A DNA stretch of 46,227 bases, the filler included, from Sphingomonadaceae bacterium (GTDB lineage: Bacteria; Chloroflexota; UBA6077), in NCBI GenBank assembly GCA_050261575.1. It is 3 parts of 3 records of this genome, joined end to end, with 100 filler letters (N's around TTAATTAATTAA, not from the genome) between each part and the next. Parts side by side here need not be neighbours in the genome. Positions count along the whole stretch, not along the records: positions 33,526 to 46,227 come from JBLNDL010000103.1; 2 more parts are not named here. One strand, given 5' to 3'. Under the pieces are notes generated by a model, which did not search any database, was not told the DNA's origin, and saw only the letters and a list, made by a program, of their open reading frames with translations. A program made the position numbers and the translations under genes. This document shows positions 36,500 through 46,104 of this stretch, piece by piece; position 1 is the first letter of the stretch, and the number at the start of each line of letters is the position of its first letter.

Positions 36500-39196
36500 C
36501 TACCGAAGCGACAGGTCGTCCAGGTAGAAGGCTCCGTTCAGACTAGGGAACCGGATGCGGACCCTCACCCGGGCGGTTCTATCCGGCATGATCGCGGAAC
36601 CGCCGATCTGGATCCACCCGTCGGTAGTGTCGGATACGACGGCGATGGGGAAGACCTTCAGGTCGCCGTTGTGCTGATGCCGCGCCACCAATTCCACGAT
36701 CATCGACGAGGCACCGTCTCGCCGCGTCACGTTCACCCAGCCGGAGAGGTTGACCTTCTGGCCAGGCGATGCCGAGGCCTCCTGCTGCACGTAGGCTCCA
36801 TTGGATTTCCCCTCGAATGCCAGGGCCTTGGAGCCCGAGTGAACCGGAGACCTCGTCACGCCGACGGCCTTGGCGAACCAGGGCGGAAGGTCCCACTTGC
36901 TCAGGTCGCTCTCGAAGCCGCCGTTCCCCAGCAACTCCTGCCCGCCGGATGGAACGCTGGTGGGTGACGGTGTCGGGGATGAGGTAGCGGCAGGTGGCTG
37001 AGTGGGCGTGGCCGTCGGCACCGTGGTGGGCACGGAAGTGGGAACGCTCGTGGGGCTGGCCGTCGGTGTTGGGGTGGCCGGCGCCTTAGTGGACGTGGGC
37101 GAGGGAGCCGCCGGCACGACACCCGAGTACTCGAACGCACCCATGTCGGGGGCTCTGCCTGCGGGCACCGCAGCGCCGTCGAAGTCCCGATTGTATCCCA
37201 GGCTGGCCCCCGCGTCGATCGCGGGACTGCCGGACCGCAGGTGATAGTCGCCACTTCCCATGTTGACGAAGAGAGGATCGCCCTGCTTCTCACCCGGCCC
37301 CAGAGAGAACCCTAGAGTCGCACCGTTGTACAGGTAGTAGAGATTATTGGTGTGGGTGAAGTTGGAGCGATTGGACACTCCCGTCTGAGTGTAGACCACG
37401 TTGTTACGGAATATGTAGGTGCTGGGGCTGGGTTCCCCGCCGAAGTCGAGCACCTTCCACTCCTTGGTGGTCTTCACGATGGTGTTGTTCTCCACCTTGA
37501 AGTTGCTCACCGCACTGGCGAAGTTGCCAGAGAGATGCAGCATGGTGAAGGCACTGTAGTCCCGATCGGATACGTTGTAGGCTATGGTGATATTCCGTGC
37601 GGAGCCGCCCCCGACCTCGATGAAGCCGTTGGACCCACGCGAGTAGTTGTGGTGGATGTTGGCGTTGCTGACCTGGCCGTAGAGCTCCACGGCGCCGCCG
37701 TCGTAGCCGTAGTCGTAACTGGGCGCTCGACAGTTGATCATCCGGTTGTAGGAAACCTCGGTGTTGGAGCCCTCAATCCAGATGCCCGTCGCGCCCCAGT
37801 CGTCATCGCCCCCGGAGGTGTTCGTGATCATGCGCAGGTCGTGGGCGTAGTTGCCAGTCACCAGATTGTACTGCCCCTTGACGAACACCCCGGTGCCCGC
37901 GTTGGTTATCTCGTTGTCGCGCACCACGTTGTGATCGGCGCCGCTCGCGATGTAGATGCCGGCCTCGTGTGCATCGCGGGCCAGGAAGTCCTGAACCACC
38001 ACGTAGTCGGACTCGATACGAACGGCGCTACCGGACCTCGCACCGGAGTTGCTGATCACGGGTCGAGCGCCCGTCCCATAGGCCCTGAAGGTGATAGGCT
38101 TGCCGTCCACCCCAGAGCTTCGGATCGTGAGCCCGCCGTTCCAGCTTGCCCCTCTCCGGAAGTTGATGGTGTCCCCGGGCGAGAAGGTGCGGCTTTGGAC
38201 CGCCGAGAGGGTCTTCCAGGCCGTAGAGGGGGAGGTGCCGTTGTTCGAGTCGGAGCCGGACAGGCTGTCGACGTAGTAGTTTTTGCCGCTGCCTGGCGCC
38301 GGAGTCGCTGGCACGCTCGTCGCCACCGGCGTCGCCGTCACGGGCACGCTAGTCGCCACCGGCGTCGCCGTCACCGGCTTCGTGGTCGCGGTCGGAGCAG
38401 GAGTATTTCCCCCAGGCCCCATCCTGGAGCTGCTGATCGCCGCGTCGTCTACGTAGACGGTCGCCGTCGACGGGCTGATTCTGTCGGTGTAGTTGTTGAT
38501 GCTCCAGTGAGTCTCGTCACCGGAACGCTTAGTCGCCACCCCAGTCACGTTCAGGATCTGAACGCCATCCTGCCAGAAGGTGATCTGCCCCGTGTTGTCG
38601 GTGGCCTGCCGGTAGTAGGCCTCCACGTGGAACCACCGCCCCACGGGAATGGCGACCGCCGACTGGTTGTAGCTTCGGCGGTTGATCCAGTCGTAGAGGT
38701 AGAAGCTCATCTGGCCATCGGATCGATTGCCGACGTTGAGGATCCACAGGGGATCGTTGGCGCCGTTGGGAAGCTTGCTCTTCCACTGCCAGACGTTCCA
38801 CCAACTCATGCCACTGTAACGTTGGGGGAAGTAGAACCAGGCGCTGTAGTACGCCGAGCTGTTGGCCCTGGGCTCGGCCCAGCGGAAGAGGCGCACGGCC
38901 TGGCTGGTCCCGGATGCGTTGGTGATCGTCATCTTGGCCGAGTAGCGGCCGCCGTGCGCCACGTCGGTCGAGGCGACCGCCGTACCAGTGCCGCTGTTGA
39001 AGATCCCCCCTCCTCCTCCGACGCTCCACTCGGACAGGTTTCCCGCTTCCATCGTGCCGGACCAAAGAACGTTGGCCTGGGCATCGGCCTTCGACACCGA
39101 CATCGCCATGGCGCCTAGCAGCCAGAGCAGAGCGATTCCCGCGACGATCGCGCCTATGCGCCGTCCCCACGGGCCTCGCCGTCTGGAATTGGTCAT
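36500..39196 (-). CDS. Secreted modular glycan-active protein: polysaccharide-lyase-like beta-sandwich, parallel beta-helix, C-terminal CBM-like domain
   Basis: Signal peptide (A-D-A), YYSAWFYFP/WQWK domain, P/T linkers, YYVDSLSGSDSN.G.SP..AWKT, D.HLRSGSPAIDAG..PDMGAFE, LGNGGFE...YLDDLSL. Confidence 0.8.
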   Translation of the reverse strand: MTNSRRRGPWGRRIGAIVAGIALLWLLGAMAMSVSKADAQANVLWSGTMEAGNLSEWSVGGGGGIFNSGTGTAVASTDVAHGGRYSAKMTITNASGTSQAVRLFRWAEPRANSSAYYSAWFYFPQRYSGMSWWNVWQWKSKLPNGANDPLWILNVGNRSDGQMSFYLYDWINRRSYNQSAVAIPVGRWFHVEAYYRQATDNTGQITFWQDGVQILNVTGVATKRSGDETHWSINNYTDRISPSTATVYVDDAAISSSRMGPGGNTPAPTATTKPVTATPVATSVPVTATPVATSVPATPAPGSGKNYYVDSLSGSDSNNGTSPSTAWKTLSAVQSRTFSPGDTINFRRGASWNGGLTIRSSGVDGKPITFRAYGTGARPVISNSGARSGSAVRIESDYVVVQDFLARDAHEAGIYIASGADHNVVRDNEITNAGTGVFVKGQYNLVTGNYAHDLRMITNTSGGDDDWGATGIWIEGSNTEVSYNRMINCRAPSYDYGYDGGAVELYGQVSNANIHHNYSRGSNGFIEVGGGSARNITIAYNVSDRDYSAFTMLHLSGNFASAVSNFKVENNTIVKTTKEWKVLDFGGEPSPSTYIFRNNVVYTQTGVSNRSNFTHTNNLYYLYNGATLGFSLGPGEKQGDPLFVNMGSGDYHLRSGSPAIDAGASLGYNRDFDGAAVPAGRAPDMGAFEYSGVVPAAPSPTSTKAPATPTPTASPTSVPTSVPTTVPTATPTQPPAATSSPTPSPTSVPSGGQELLGNGGFESDLSKWDLPPWFAKAVGVTRSPVHSGSKALAFEGKSNGAYVQQEASASPGQKVNLSGWVNVTRRDGASSMIVELVARHQHNGDLKVFPIAVVSDTTDGWIQIGGSAIMPDRTARVRVRIRFPSLNGAFYLDDLSLR
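38310..38375. repeat. 33-bp tandem repeat encoding the (VTATPVATSVP)x2 linker
   Basis: Two near-identical 33-nt units at 38310 and 38343. Confidence 0.85.
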
Positions 39197-39551
39197 TACT
39201 CCAAGCTCCTTTCCTACAGTGGAGATGTATGAGACTCCCTAACACCTGACTTTTGCCTGGCGGCAAAGCGCGACCTGGGGCACGTCGCACGGAATCATCA
39301 GGTGATTGACGGGCTAAGAGGGTGTGTTGGACCCGTGGCGCAAGCTGATAGACTCAGCTACTAGACTCAAGAACGAGGGAAACTCGACGCCACGAGGCGT
39401 AGCATTGCGGTGAGGATATACGACTGCAAGCCCCGCAGTAAATAGCCTAATGGTACTAACAGCTTGCCTCTTGTTGTGCGACCCCGCGTGGTGGGGAAAA
39501 GGAGGCATGACACACCCCGAACTTCGAGGGGTGGTCGAGGGTAGCGAAAAG

Positions 39552-39610
39552 AACAGCCCCCTGGGACGATTGAAGATGTGTGAGCACTTCGAGCGACCCA
39601 GGGGGCTGTT
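39552..39610 (-). terminator. Long hairpin, probable terminator of the TRAP operon
   Basis: 14-bp perfect arms AACAGCCCCCTGGG/CCCAGGGGGCTGTT. The minus strand continues CTTTTC. Confidence 0.5.
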
Positions 39611-39763
39611 CCGTATAGATGGTCAGACTGCGAGTGTTGGTGGAAGGGGCAGAGCCTGAATCAACCACCGAGATCGACGTGAAAAGGGGAGACCCCCGCA
39701 ATTCGGCCGGTGTCGAAGCTCATCTCGCCTGCCAACAGGGTTGCAGGAGTAACCCCCGGCGAA

Positions 39764-41065
39764 CTAGCCCCCAACGTGCATCAACAGACGAGGAAGGAAT
39801 AGGGCCAGATCCGGATTGAAGATCAAGAGCAGGATCGTGATGATGAGCGAGATGTAGAATGGCAGCAGCACTCCCATCACTTGCTCCACCTTCACCTTCG
39901 CCAGGTCCGCGCTCAGCAGGAGGGTCAGGCCGTAGGGCGGGGTCATCAGCCCGAAGGAGAGCACGGTGGTGACCACGACCCCCATGTGTATCGGATTCAC
40001 CTTCGCCACTTCGCCGAGCACGCTGACGATGGGCAGGAAGATGATTATAGCCGGTATAGAGTCCATGAAGGTGCCCAGGATGGTAAACAGGAGCGCGACA
40101 AACAGGAGGGTGAGGATGGAGTTCCCCGTGATGCCCGAGGCCAGCTCGGCGACCATCCCCGGAACCTGCAGGTAGGCCAGCATCCAGCCGAACACCCCGG
40201 CGCCCGCTACACAGAGCAAGGGGTGAGAGGAGGTAACGGCGCTCCCCTTGAAGATGGCTGGCAGATCCCTCACCTTGATCTCCTTGTAGACGAGTACGCT
40301 CAGGAAAAGACAGTAGACGGAGGCCACCATGGCGGCCTCGGTGGCGGTGAACAAGCCGGCCACAATCCCGCCTATGATGATGATCGGGACGATCAGGGCC
40401 AGAGAGGAGCGCATCCCCTCGTGCACCACTGCTCTCGGAGAGAACCTGGACTGGACCTGTCCGGTGAGCCCGAGCCTGGCGTAGAAGTAGATGGTGATCA
40501 TCTGGGCGATGCCCACCACCAGACCGGGCAGGGCGCCACCCAGGAAGAGGGCGCCGATGGAGACGTTGCCGTAGGCCCCGTAGACGATCATCATGATGCT
40601 GGGCGGGATGATGGGCCCCATGGTGGTGGAGGCAGCGTTGATGGCTGCCGCCACCTTGGCTGGGTAGCCCTCCTTCACCATGGCCGGAATCATGATGCCG
40701 CCCAGGGCCGCCGCATCGGAGGTGCCGGAGCCAGAGATGCCGGAGAGCAGCATCTCCGCCATGACCGTCACGTGCCCCAGCCCACCCCTCACGTGGCCCA
40801 CCAGTGCCCTGGAAAAGCTTACCAACCTCTCGGTGATGCCGCCGGTGCCCATCAGTTCCCCCGCCAGGATGAAGAGGGGGATCGATAGAAGGGAGAAGCT
40901 GTCGATACCGGCGTACAGTTGCTGGACCATCATGGTCCAGGAGACGCCGGCCAGGACCGCCACTATCAGCCCAGCGAGGGCCAGGGAGAAGGCGATGGGA
41001 ACGCCCAGAAAGACCATGCCGAAGAAGAGCACGAAGAGTATCGCCGTTAGAGTCGAGTTTTCCAA
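39764..41065 (-). CDS. dctM: TRAP transporter large permease
   Basis: IPLFILAG, SGISGSGTSD, PIIPPSI, FTATEAA, GLMTPPYG. Confidence 0.93.
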   Translation of the reverse strand: MENSTLTAILFVLFFGMVFLGVPIAFSLALAGLIVAVLAGVSWTMMVQQLYAGIDSFSLLSIPLFILAGELMGTGGITERLVSFSRALVGHVRGGLGHVTVMAEMLLSGISGSGTSDAAALGGIMIPAMVKEGYPAKVAAAINAASTTMGPIIPPSIMMIVYGAYGNVSIGALFLGGALPGLVVGIAQMITIYFYARLGLTGQVQSRFSPRAVVHEGMRSSLALIVPIIIIGGIVAGLFTATEAAMVASVYCLFLSVLVYKEIKVRDLPAIFKGSAVTSSHPLLCVAGAGVFGWMLAYLQVPGMVAELASGITGNSILTLLFVALLFTILGTFMDSIPAIIIFLPIVSVLGEVAKVNPIHMGVVVTTVLSFGLMTPPYGLTLLLSADLAKVKVEQVMGVLLPFYISLIITILLLIFNPDLALFLPRLLMHVGG

Positions 41066-41080
41066 CTGCCCTCTCCTCTC

Positions 41081-41557
41081 CTACCCCTTGTTCTTGAGGA
41101 ACCGCTCGACGAGGAAGTAGCACATGCTGAAGCCGCATAGAGGAAGGGCGCTGAAGGCGATGATGAGCGGAATGCCCGATGGCCTGGAGACCCTCTTCAG
41201 ACCCAGTTCAGCAAACCCCACCCCCTGGTAGGCCAGGATGGCGGCGAAGACGAGACTCAGCAGCAGCACCGTCCACTGCAGGGCGGCTACGGCCCTGGGC
41301 GACTTGAGCAAGCCTTTGATCAGATCTATGCGGTAGTGGGAATTCCTTCGTACCGCGACCGCAGCCCCCATGAAGGTCAACCACATGAAGGAGAACATCG
41401 AGACTTCCTGCATCCACAGGATGGGATTGCCCACGACCGTACGGGAGAAGACGTCGACGAAGATGGCGAGAAGGAGGACCCCCATCGCGACGCCGGCGAC
41501 GGCGGTCTCCACTTTCTCGATCAGGTCGGCCGCGAGCAGTTTGGCGTTGCTGTCCAT
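41081..41557 (-). CDS. dctQ: TRAP transporter small permease
   Basis: Four TM segments, V..R......W.QE...F.F.W..F.GA......H..ID. Start MDSNAK. Confidence 0.9.
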   Translation of the reverse strand: MDSNAKLLAADLIEKVETAVAGVAMGVLLLAIFVDVFSRTVVGNPILWMQEVSMFSFMWLTFMGAAVAVRRNSHYRIDLIKGLLKSPRAVAALQWTVLLLSLVFAAILAYQGVGFAELGLKRVSRPSGIPLIIAFSALPLCGFSMCYFLVERFLKNKG

Positions 41558-41657
41558 CTTGTTCCCCCACTGAAGAGGTGATGGCTGGGAGTGGAGGGGG
41601 CGGAATCCAGGGACCCTCGCCTCCACTCCCGAACCGGGGCTCTACTCCGCTTATCGG

Positions 41658-42725
41658 CTACTTCTTGCCCAGGCTGCTGATGATGTCGAGCGCCTTCTCC
41701 ATGCCCAGCTCGCCCGCCACATCCTTCTGTAGGCTCGCCAGCTTCTGCTTGAAGCCGTCCTTCTCCACCTTGTTGGCCTGGAAGTTCTTGGCGCTCGCCT
41801 CGGCCACGGCGTCGTCGTCCGCCTTGGCGTTCAGTTCGATCTCGTACTTGGTCATCTGCTGCCCCGCTTCCGTAACGGCCTTCTTTACGTCATCGGGCAG
41901 CTTGTTCCAGGTCTTATCCGACATCCACAGCACGGACACCAGCCATTGGTGCTCGGAGAGGCTCAGATACTTGGCCACCTCGTTGTGCTTGGAGGTGACG
42001 TAGCTGACGGGGGCACCTTCAGCCGCGTTGATCACGCCGGTTTGCATCGCCGTGTAGATCTCGCCGAACGGTATGGAGGTAGGCAGGGTTCCCAGGGTCT
42101 GCCACACTCGCGACTCGATTGGGGAGGCCATCACCCGCATCTTGAGACCCTTCAGGTCGTCCACCGTCTTGATGGGCCGCTGGTTGTTGTATATGCTCCG
42201 CAGACCCGCGGTCATGAAGGCGATAGGCCTGAAGCCGATGTTGCGGGCGGCTACCTTTTCCTGGACTGTACCCAGAAAACCGGGATCGGTCATGGTCTTG
42301 ATGAAGTGATCCTTGCTGTCGAACAGGTAGGACACGCTGAAGAAGCCCAACTCGGGAACGTGGGTTGAGGCATTGGGTGCCGCGGAGACCGAGAGGTCGA
42401 GGTCTCCCAGCCTCAGGCTATCGAGCATGGTCAGCTCGTTACCCAGTTGGGCGCTGGGAAACACGGTGCCCTGCACCCTGCCGTTGGTCAGTTCGGTTAC
42501 CTTCTGAGCAAAGAACACGGCCCCCAGATGGTAGGGGTGCTTGTCAGGCTGGTCGTGGCCTATCTTCAGCTTGATCACATCTTTGGGAGCTTCTTTGGGC
42601 TGCTCCTTGCCTGCTGCCCCGGTGGACGCGGCGGGTGCAGCGGGGGCCCCACTGCAGGCAACCAGAGTGAGAAGCATCAGGGACGAGATCGCCAACAGTG
42701 CGAATGCCTTTGTCGCGCTTTTCAT
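41658..42725 (-). CDS. dctP: TRAP substrate-binding lipoprotein
   Basis: Lipobox LVAC, FPSAQLG, DLKGLKMRV (carboxylate-binding Arg), EIYTAMQTGV. Confidence 0.93.
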   Translation of the reverse strand: MKSATKAFALLAISSLMLLTLVACSGAPAAPAASTGAAGKEQPKEAPKDVIKLKIGHDQPDKHPYHLGAVFFAQKVTELTNGRVQGTVFPSAQLGNELTMLDSLRLGDLDLSVSAAPNASTHVPELGFFSVSYLFDSKDHFIKTMTDPGFLGTVQEKVAARNIGFRPIAFMTAGLRSIYNNQRPIKTVDDLKGLKMRVMASPIESRVWQTLGTLPTSIPFGEIYTAMQTGVINAAEGAPVSYVTSKHNEVAKYLSLSEHQWLVSVLWMSDKTWNKLPDDVKKAVTEAGQQMTKYEIELNAKADDDAVAEASAKNFQANKVEKDGFKQKLASLQKDVAGELGMEKALDIISSLGKK

Positions 42726-42874
42726 CGAGCAATCTCCCTTCCAGTTTCTTGACTCCGATTACGAAGGCCTAGAGCTCGTTCCCCCCGTTCGGGGCATTCC
42801 TCCTTTCCGTTCGATCTCCTTCGATGCCCTGTGCGCTTCCACTACTGGTGCGCCACAGAGAAGGCGACGCATAC

Positions 42875-42961
42875 TGTCATGCTGAGCGTGGCGAAGCATC
42901 TCCTCGACGTGGAGATCCTTCGTTGTCGCTCAGGATGATAGCCATGTTGCTCAGGATGACA
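42875..42961. repeat. TGTCAT.CTGAGC...GCTCAGGATGACA palindromic element with a duplicated right arm
   Basis: TGTCATGCTGAGCG..GCGAAGCATCTCC ... GGAGATCCTTCG...GCTCAGGATGATA ... GCTCAGGATGACA. Confidence 0.7.
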
Positions 42962-43060
42962 CCGATCGCATTCACTGTGGTCGTGCGCTACCGGCGGGTC
43001 GGGTCGAATGAAGCCGGCCTCTCCGATCCCGCAGGCTCCTCTCTTGATGATGGGACCTGC

Positions 43061-43861
43061 CTACACCTCTCTCTGGAGAGGCGCCCGGCTGTGGTCGAAC
43101 ACCGGCGGACGCTTCTCCAGAAAAGCCCTGATCCCCTCGCGCATGTCGTGGGTCGGGAATATCGCGGTGAAGAACTCCACCTCTGCCCGGGCACCCTCCT
43201 GGGGAGACAGCATCCCAGCGTTGACGCAACTTTTGCAGGCGATCAGCGACTGCCAGGGGAGCTGGACCAGCTTCTGGACCATCTCCTCCACCGTCTGGTC
43301 TAGCTGTTCAACTGGTACCACACGGGTTACTAGCCCCAGTTGCTCGGCCCGCTGGGCCGTGATCTGCTCGCCGAACAGCAGCAATTCCTTGGCCGCCGTG
43401 GGACCCACCAATCGGAGCAGCCGCTGGGTGCCGCCCGAGCAGGGGAAGCCTCCGATCTTCACCTCGGGGAAGCCGAGCACGGTTCTGTCGGAGGCGATTC
43501 GGAGATCACAGGGCATCATCAGCTCGCAGCCGCCACCCAGCACGTAACCGTCGAGGACAGCGATCGTGACTTGAGGAAGACCCTCCAGCAGGTCGTGGAG
43601 CCTCTGCTCGAAGACGACCTTATCGCGTCCCCCAGCGCGCCCTCGATCGAAAGGGAACTCCCGGACGTTGGAGCCCACGGAGAAGGCCCTCCCGCCCGTT
43701 CCCCTCAGCACCAGAACCCTCGCCTGGTCGCTGTCCTTGAGGATCTCGAAACAGCGCATCAACTCCTGGCGCACCCAGAGGTCCAGGATGTTGAGGGGCG
43801 GGTTGTTGATGTCGATCCGGGCCACGCCGTCTTCAATAGTAAGAATCACCCCCTTGTTCAT
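43061..43861 (-). CDS. Enoyl-CoA hydratase/isomerase family protein
   Basis: AFSVG, GYVLGGGCEL..CDLR, PEVKIG, GGTQRL.R, EGIRAFLEKR. Start MNKGV (ATGA overlap). Confidence 0.92.
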   Translation of the reverse strand: MNKGVILTIEDGVARIDINNPPLNILDLWVRQELMRCFEILKDSDQARVLVLRGTGGRAFSVGSNVREFPFDRGRAGGRDKVVFEQRLHDLLEGLPQVTIAVLDGYVLGGGCELMMPCDLRIASDRTVLGFPEVKIGGFPCSGGTQRLLRLVGPTAAKELLLFGEQITAQRAEQLGLVTRVVPVEQLDQTVEEMVQKLVQLPWQSLIACKSCVNAGMLSPQEGARAEVEFFTAIFPTHDMREGIRAFLEKRPPVFDHSRAPLQREV

Positions 43862-45462
43862 CTCTCCACCACCAGACTCGGCCGTTGAGCCGAAGAGTAG
43901 CCGACCCCCAGCCCCATCGGTTCCGGCCGGAATAGTCTCTCGTCCATCTGCTTGAGCTCCCCTGACACCACCACGGGAAACTGCATGAGATCCAGGATCT
44001 GACTTCGCACGTCGATGCCGGGCGCCACCTCGATAAGCTGCAGTCCGTCCGGGATCAGACTGAAGACCGCCCGCTCCGACACGAAGATCACGTCCTTGCC
44101 CCTCGCCACCATGGATCTTCCTCGGTAGGTGATCTGCTCCACCTCCCGCACGAACTTGCGGAAGCGGCCTTCCTTGTGTATCACCATCTCCCCGTCCACG
44201 ACCTCCGCCTCGAGCCCCCCAGCAGTGAAGTAGCCACAGAAGACCAGTTTGGGGGCGTTGTGGACGATGTTGATGAACCCGCCGCAGCCCGGGATCAGCT
44301 TCCCGAGCTTGCTGACGTTGATGGTCCCGTCCTGCGCCACCTCGCCGAACGCCAGGCAGGCCAGGTCGATGCCACCGCCGTCGATGAAGTCCATCTGGGA
44401 ACCGGAGTCGATGATGGACTGGGGATTGGCGGAGGCGCCAAAGGCCAATCCGGAAACCGGGATGCCCCCCCACGATCCCTGCTCGATGATCATGCATACC
44501 TGGTCCGCGATGTCCTCCTCGATGGCTATCTGGGGGATGTGTCCCGGTATGCCGAACCCCAGGTTGACGATCATCCCAGGCCTGAACTCCATGGCTGCCC
44601 GGCGCGCTATCACCTTGTTGACGGCGAAGGGCATCCGCTCGAACTCGTGGAGAGGCCGCCGGGTCTCGCCCGAGAGGGCAGGGTCGCGGGGTATCTGGGT
44701 GCCCAGCATCTGATCCGGGTCGACCACCACGGCATCCACCATGGCCCCGGGCACCTTGACCATGTGGGGGTTGAGCCGGCCGTCGGTGGTGACCCGCTCG
44801 ACCTGGGCGATGACTATTCCGCCGTTGTTCTTCGCAGCGGTCGCCTGGGAGAGGATACCCAGGGTTCCAGGCTCGTGCTCGAAGGAGAGGTTTCCGTTCT
44901 CATCGGCGGTGGTAGCTCGGATAATCGCCACGTCGATGGGCACCGGCTTGTACCAGAGATACTCCCGGCCGCCCAGGGTCACCACCTCGATCAGATCCTC
45001 CGTGGTGACCCGGTTCAGCTTGCCCCCCGTGATCCTCGGGTCCACGAAGGTGTCGAGGCCCACCTCGGTGAAGGTCCCCGGCTTCCCAGCGGCGGTATCC
45101 CGCAGCATGTGGAACATGGTTCCCAGGGGCAGGTTGTAGGCCTCCACCTGGTCGTTCAGCACCATCCGGGCGATCTTGTTGCCGCTGCCGTCGGAGCGGC
45201 CGAGGACGTAGGAGCCGCCGATGAGCCGCTTGATCATCCCCACGTGGGCCAAGTGATCCAGCCCGGGTATGCTGATGCGGTCGCCGATGGCGATGGGAAA
45301 GAAGACGGTCAGGTTGTTCGGCTCTCCCGTCTGGAGGTACCGCTCCTCCAGGGCCGCCAGCGTCTTCTCGGGAACCATCATCCCGGCCGAGGCGCATATG
45401 GTGATGGTGCTGCCGCTCGCTATCCTCCCCACGGCCTCGGCGAAGCTGATCACTTTGGTCAT
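43858..45462 (-). CDS. Family I acyl-CoA transferase, fused alpha/beta (YdiF/propionate CoA-transferase-like)
   Basis: VGLDTFVDPR..GGKLN, DENGN, IAQVE, NLGFGIP, EQG (catalytic Glu), GCGGFINI, ERAVF. Confidence 0.92.
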   Translation of the reverse strand: MTKVISFAEAVGRIASGSTITICASAGMMVPEKTLAALEERYLQTGEPNNLTVFFPIAIGDRISIPGLDHLAHVGMIKRLIGGSYVLGRSDGSGNKIARMVLNDQVEAYNLPLGTMFHMLRDTAAGKPGTFTEVGLDTFVDPRITGGKLNRVTTEDLIEVVTLGGREYLWYKPVPIDVAIIRATTADENGNLSFEHEPGTLGILSQATAAKNNGGIVIAQVERVTTDGRLNPHMVKVPGAMVDAVVVDPDQMLGTQIPRDPALSGETRRPLHEFERMPFAVNKVIARRAAMEFRPGMIVNLGFGIPGHIPQIAIEEDIADQVCMIIEQGSWGGIPVSGLAFGASANPQSIIDSGSQMDFIDGGGIDLACLAFGEVAQDGTINVSKLGKLIPGCGGFINIVHNAPKLVFCGYFTAGGLEAEVVDGEMVIHKEGRFRKFVREVEQITYRGRSMVARGKDVIFVSERAVFSLIPDGLQLIEVAPGIDVRSQILDLMQFPVVVSGELKQMDERLFRPEPMGLGVGYSSAQRPSLVVER

Positions 45463-45498
45463 CTCCAGAACTCTCAATCCTCGGTAGTTGGGATCTGC

Positions 45499-45927
45499 CT
45501 AGACGAATCTCAGCAGGTTGACGGCCGACGTCACCACTTCACCCTTCTGGTTGGTGATGGTTACCTGGGCGTACACGGTGTCCTTCTCGGGATTCTTCTC
45601 GACGATCCTGTACTCCACCGTTATGGTGTCCCCAATGAAGACGGGCTTGATGAAGCGGATCCGCTCGAAGCCGTAGTTCACGCAGGGAGAGGACACCGAC
45701 GCCAGTAGCTTGGTGGAGGCGGCGGAGATATAGCCGACCATGAGGGCCCCGTGGGCGATGCGCCTCCCGAAGCGGGTGTCCTTCATGTACTGTTCGTTGA
45801 CGTGGTTGGGGTGGAGATCGCCGGTGATGCCGGCAAACAGGTAGACGTCGCTCTCTCCGACGGTCTTGCTGACATACACCGTTTGTCCTATCTCGACCGA
45901 GTCGATGCCTCTAGGCTCCGTTGCCAT
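45499..45927 (-). CDS. MaoC-family (R)-specific enoyl-CoA hydratase
   Basis: FAGITGDLHPNH, FGRRIAHG, RFIKPVFIGDTI. Confidence 0.92.
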   Translation of the reverse strand: MATEPRGIDSVEIGQTVYVSKTVGESDVYLFAGITGDLHPNHVNEQYMKDTRFGRRIAHGALMVGYISAASTKLLASVSSPCVNYGFERIRFIKPVFIGDTITVEYRIVEKNPEKDTVYAQVTITNQKGEVVTSAVNLLRFV

Positions 45928-45998
45928 GATTCGTCTCGTCTCCCTGATACAGTATCCGTCCGATGTCGACCGCTGCTTCGCAACAGTGGTTGCGAGAC

Positions 45999-46069
45999 GT
46001 AGGGCGGGGGTTTAACCCCCGCCGCCCCCGGGCGGCGTTCGGCGCGGCAAGGGCTTACCCCTTACCTAC
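45999..46069. repeat. REP doublet (GTAG...CTAC)
   Basis: GTAGGGCGGGGGTTTAACCCCCGCC ... GGCAAGGGCTTACCCCTTACCTAC. Confidence 0.65.
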
Positions 46070-46104
46070 GTTTCCTGGCCCACCGAGACCACTGTGGCGG
46101 AGCA

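Noticed and set aside
39340..39390. Hammerhead ribozyme (CTGATAGA...GAAAC)
   Set aside because: The core does not fit CUGANGA, and stems I and III cannot be formed.
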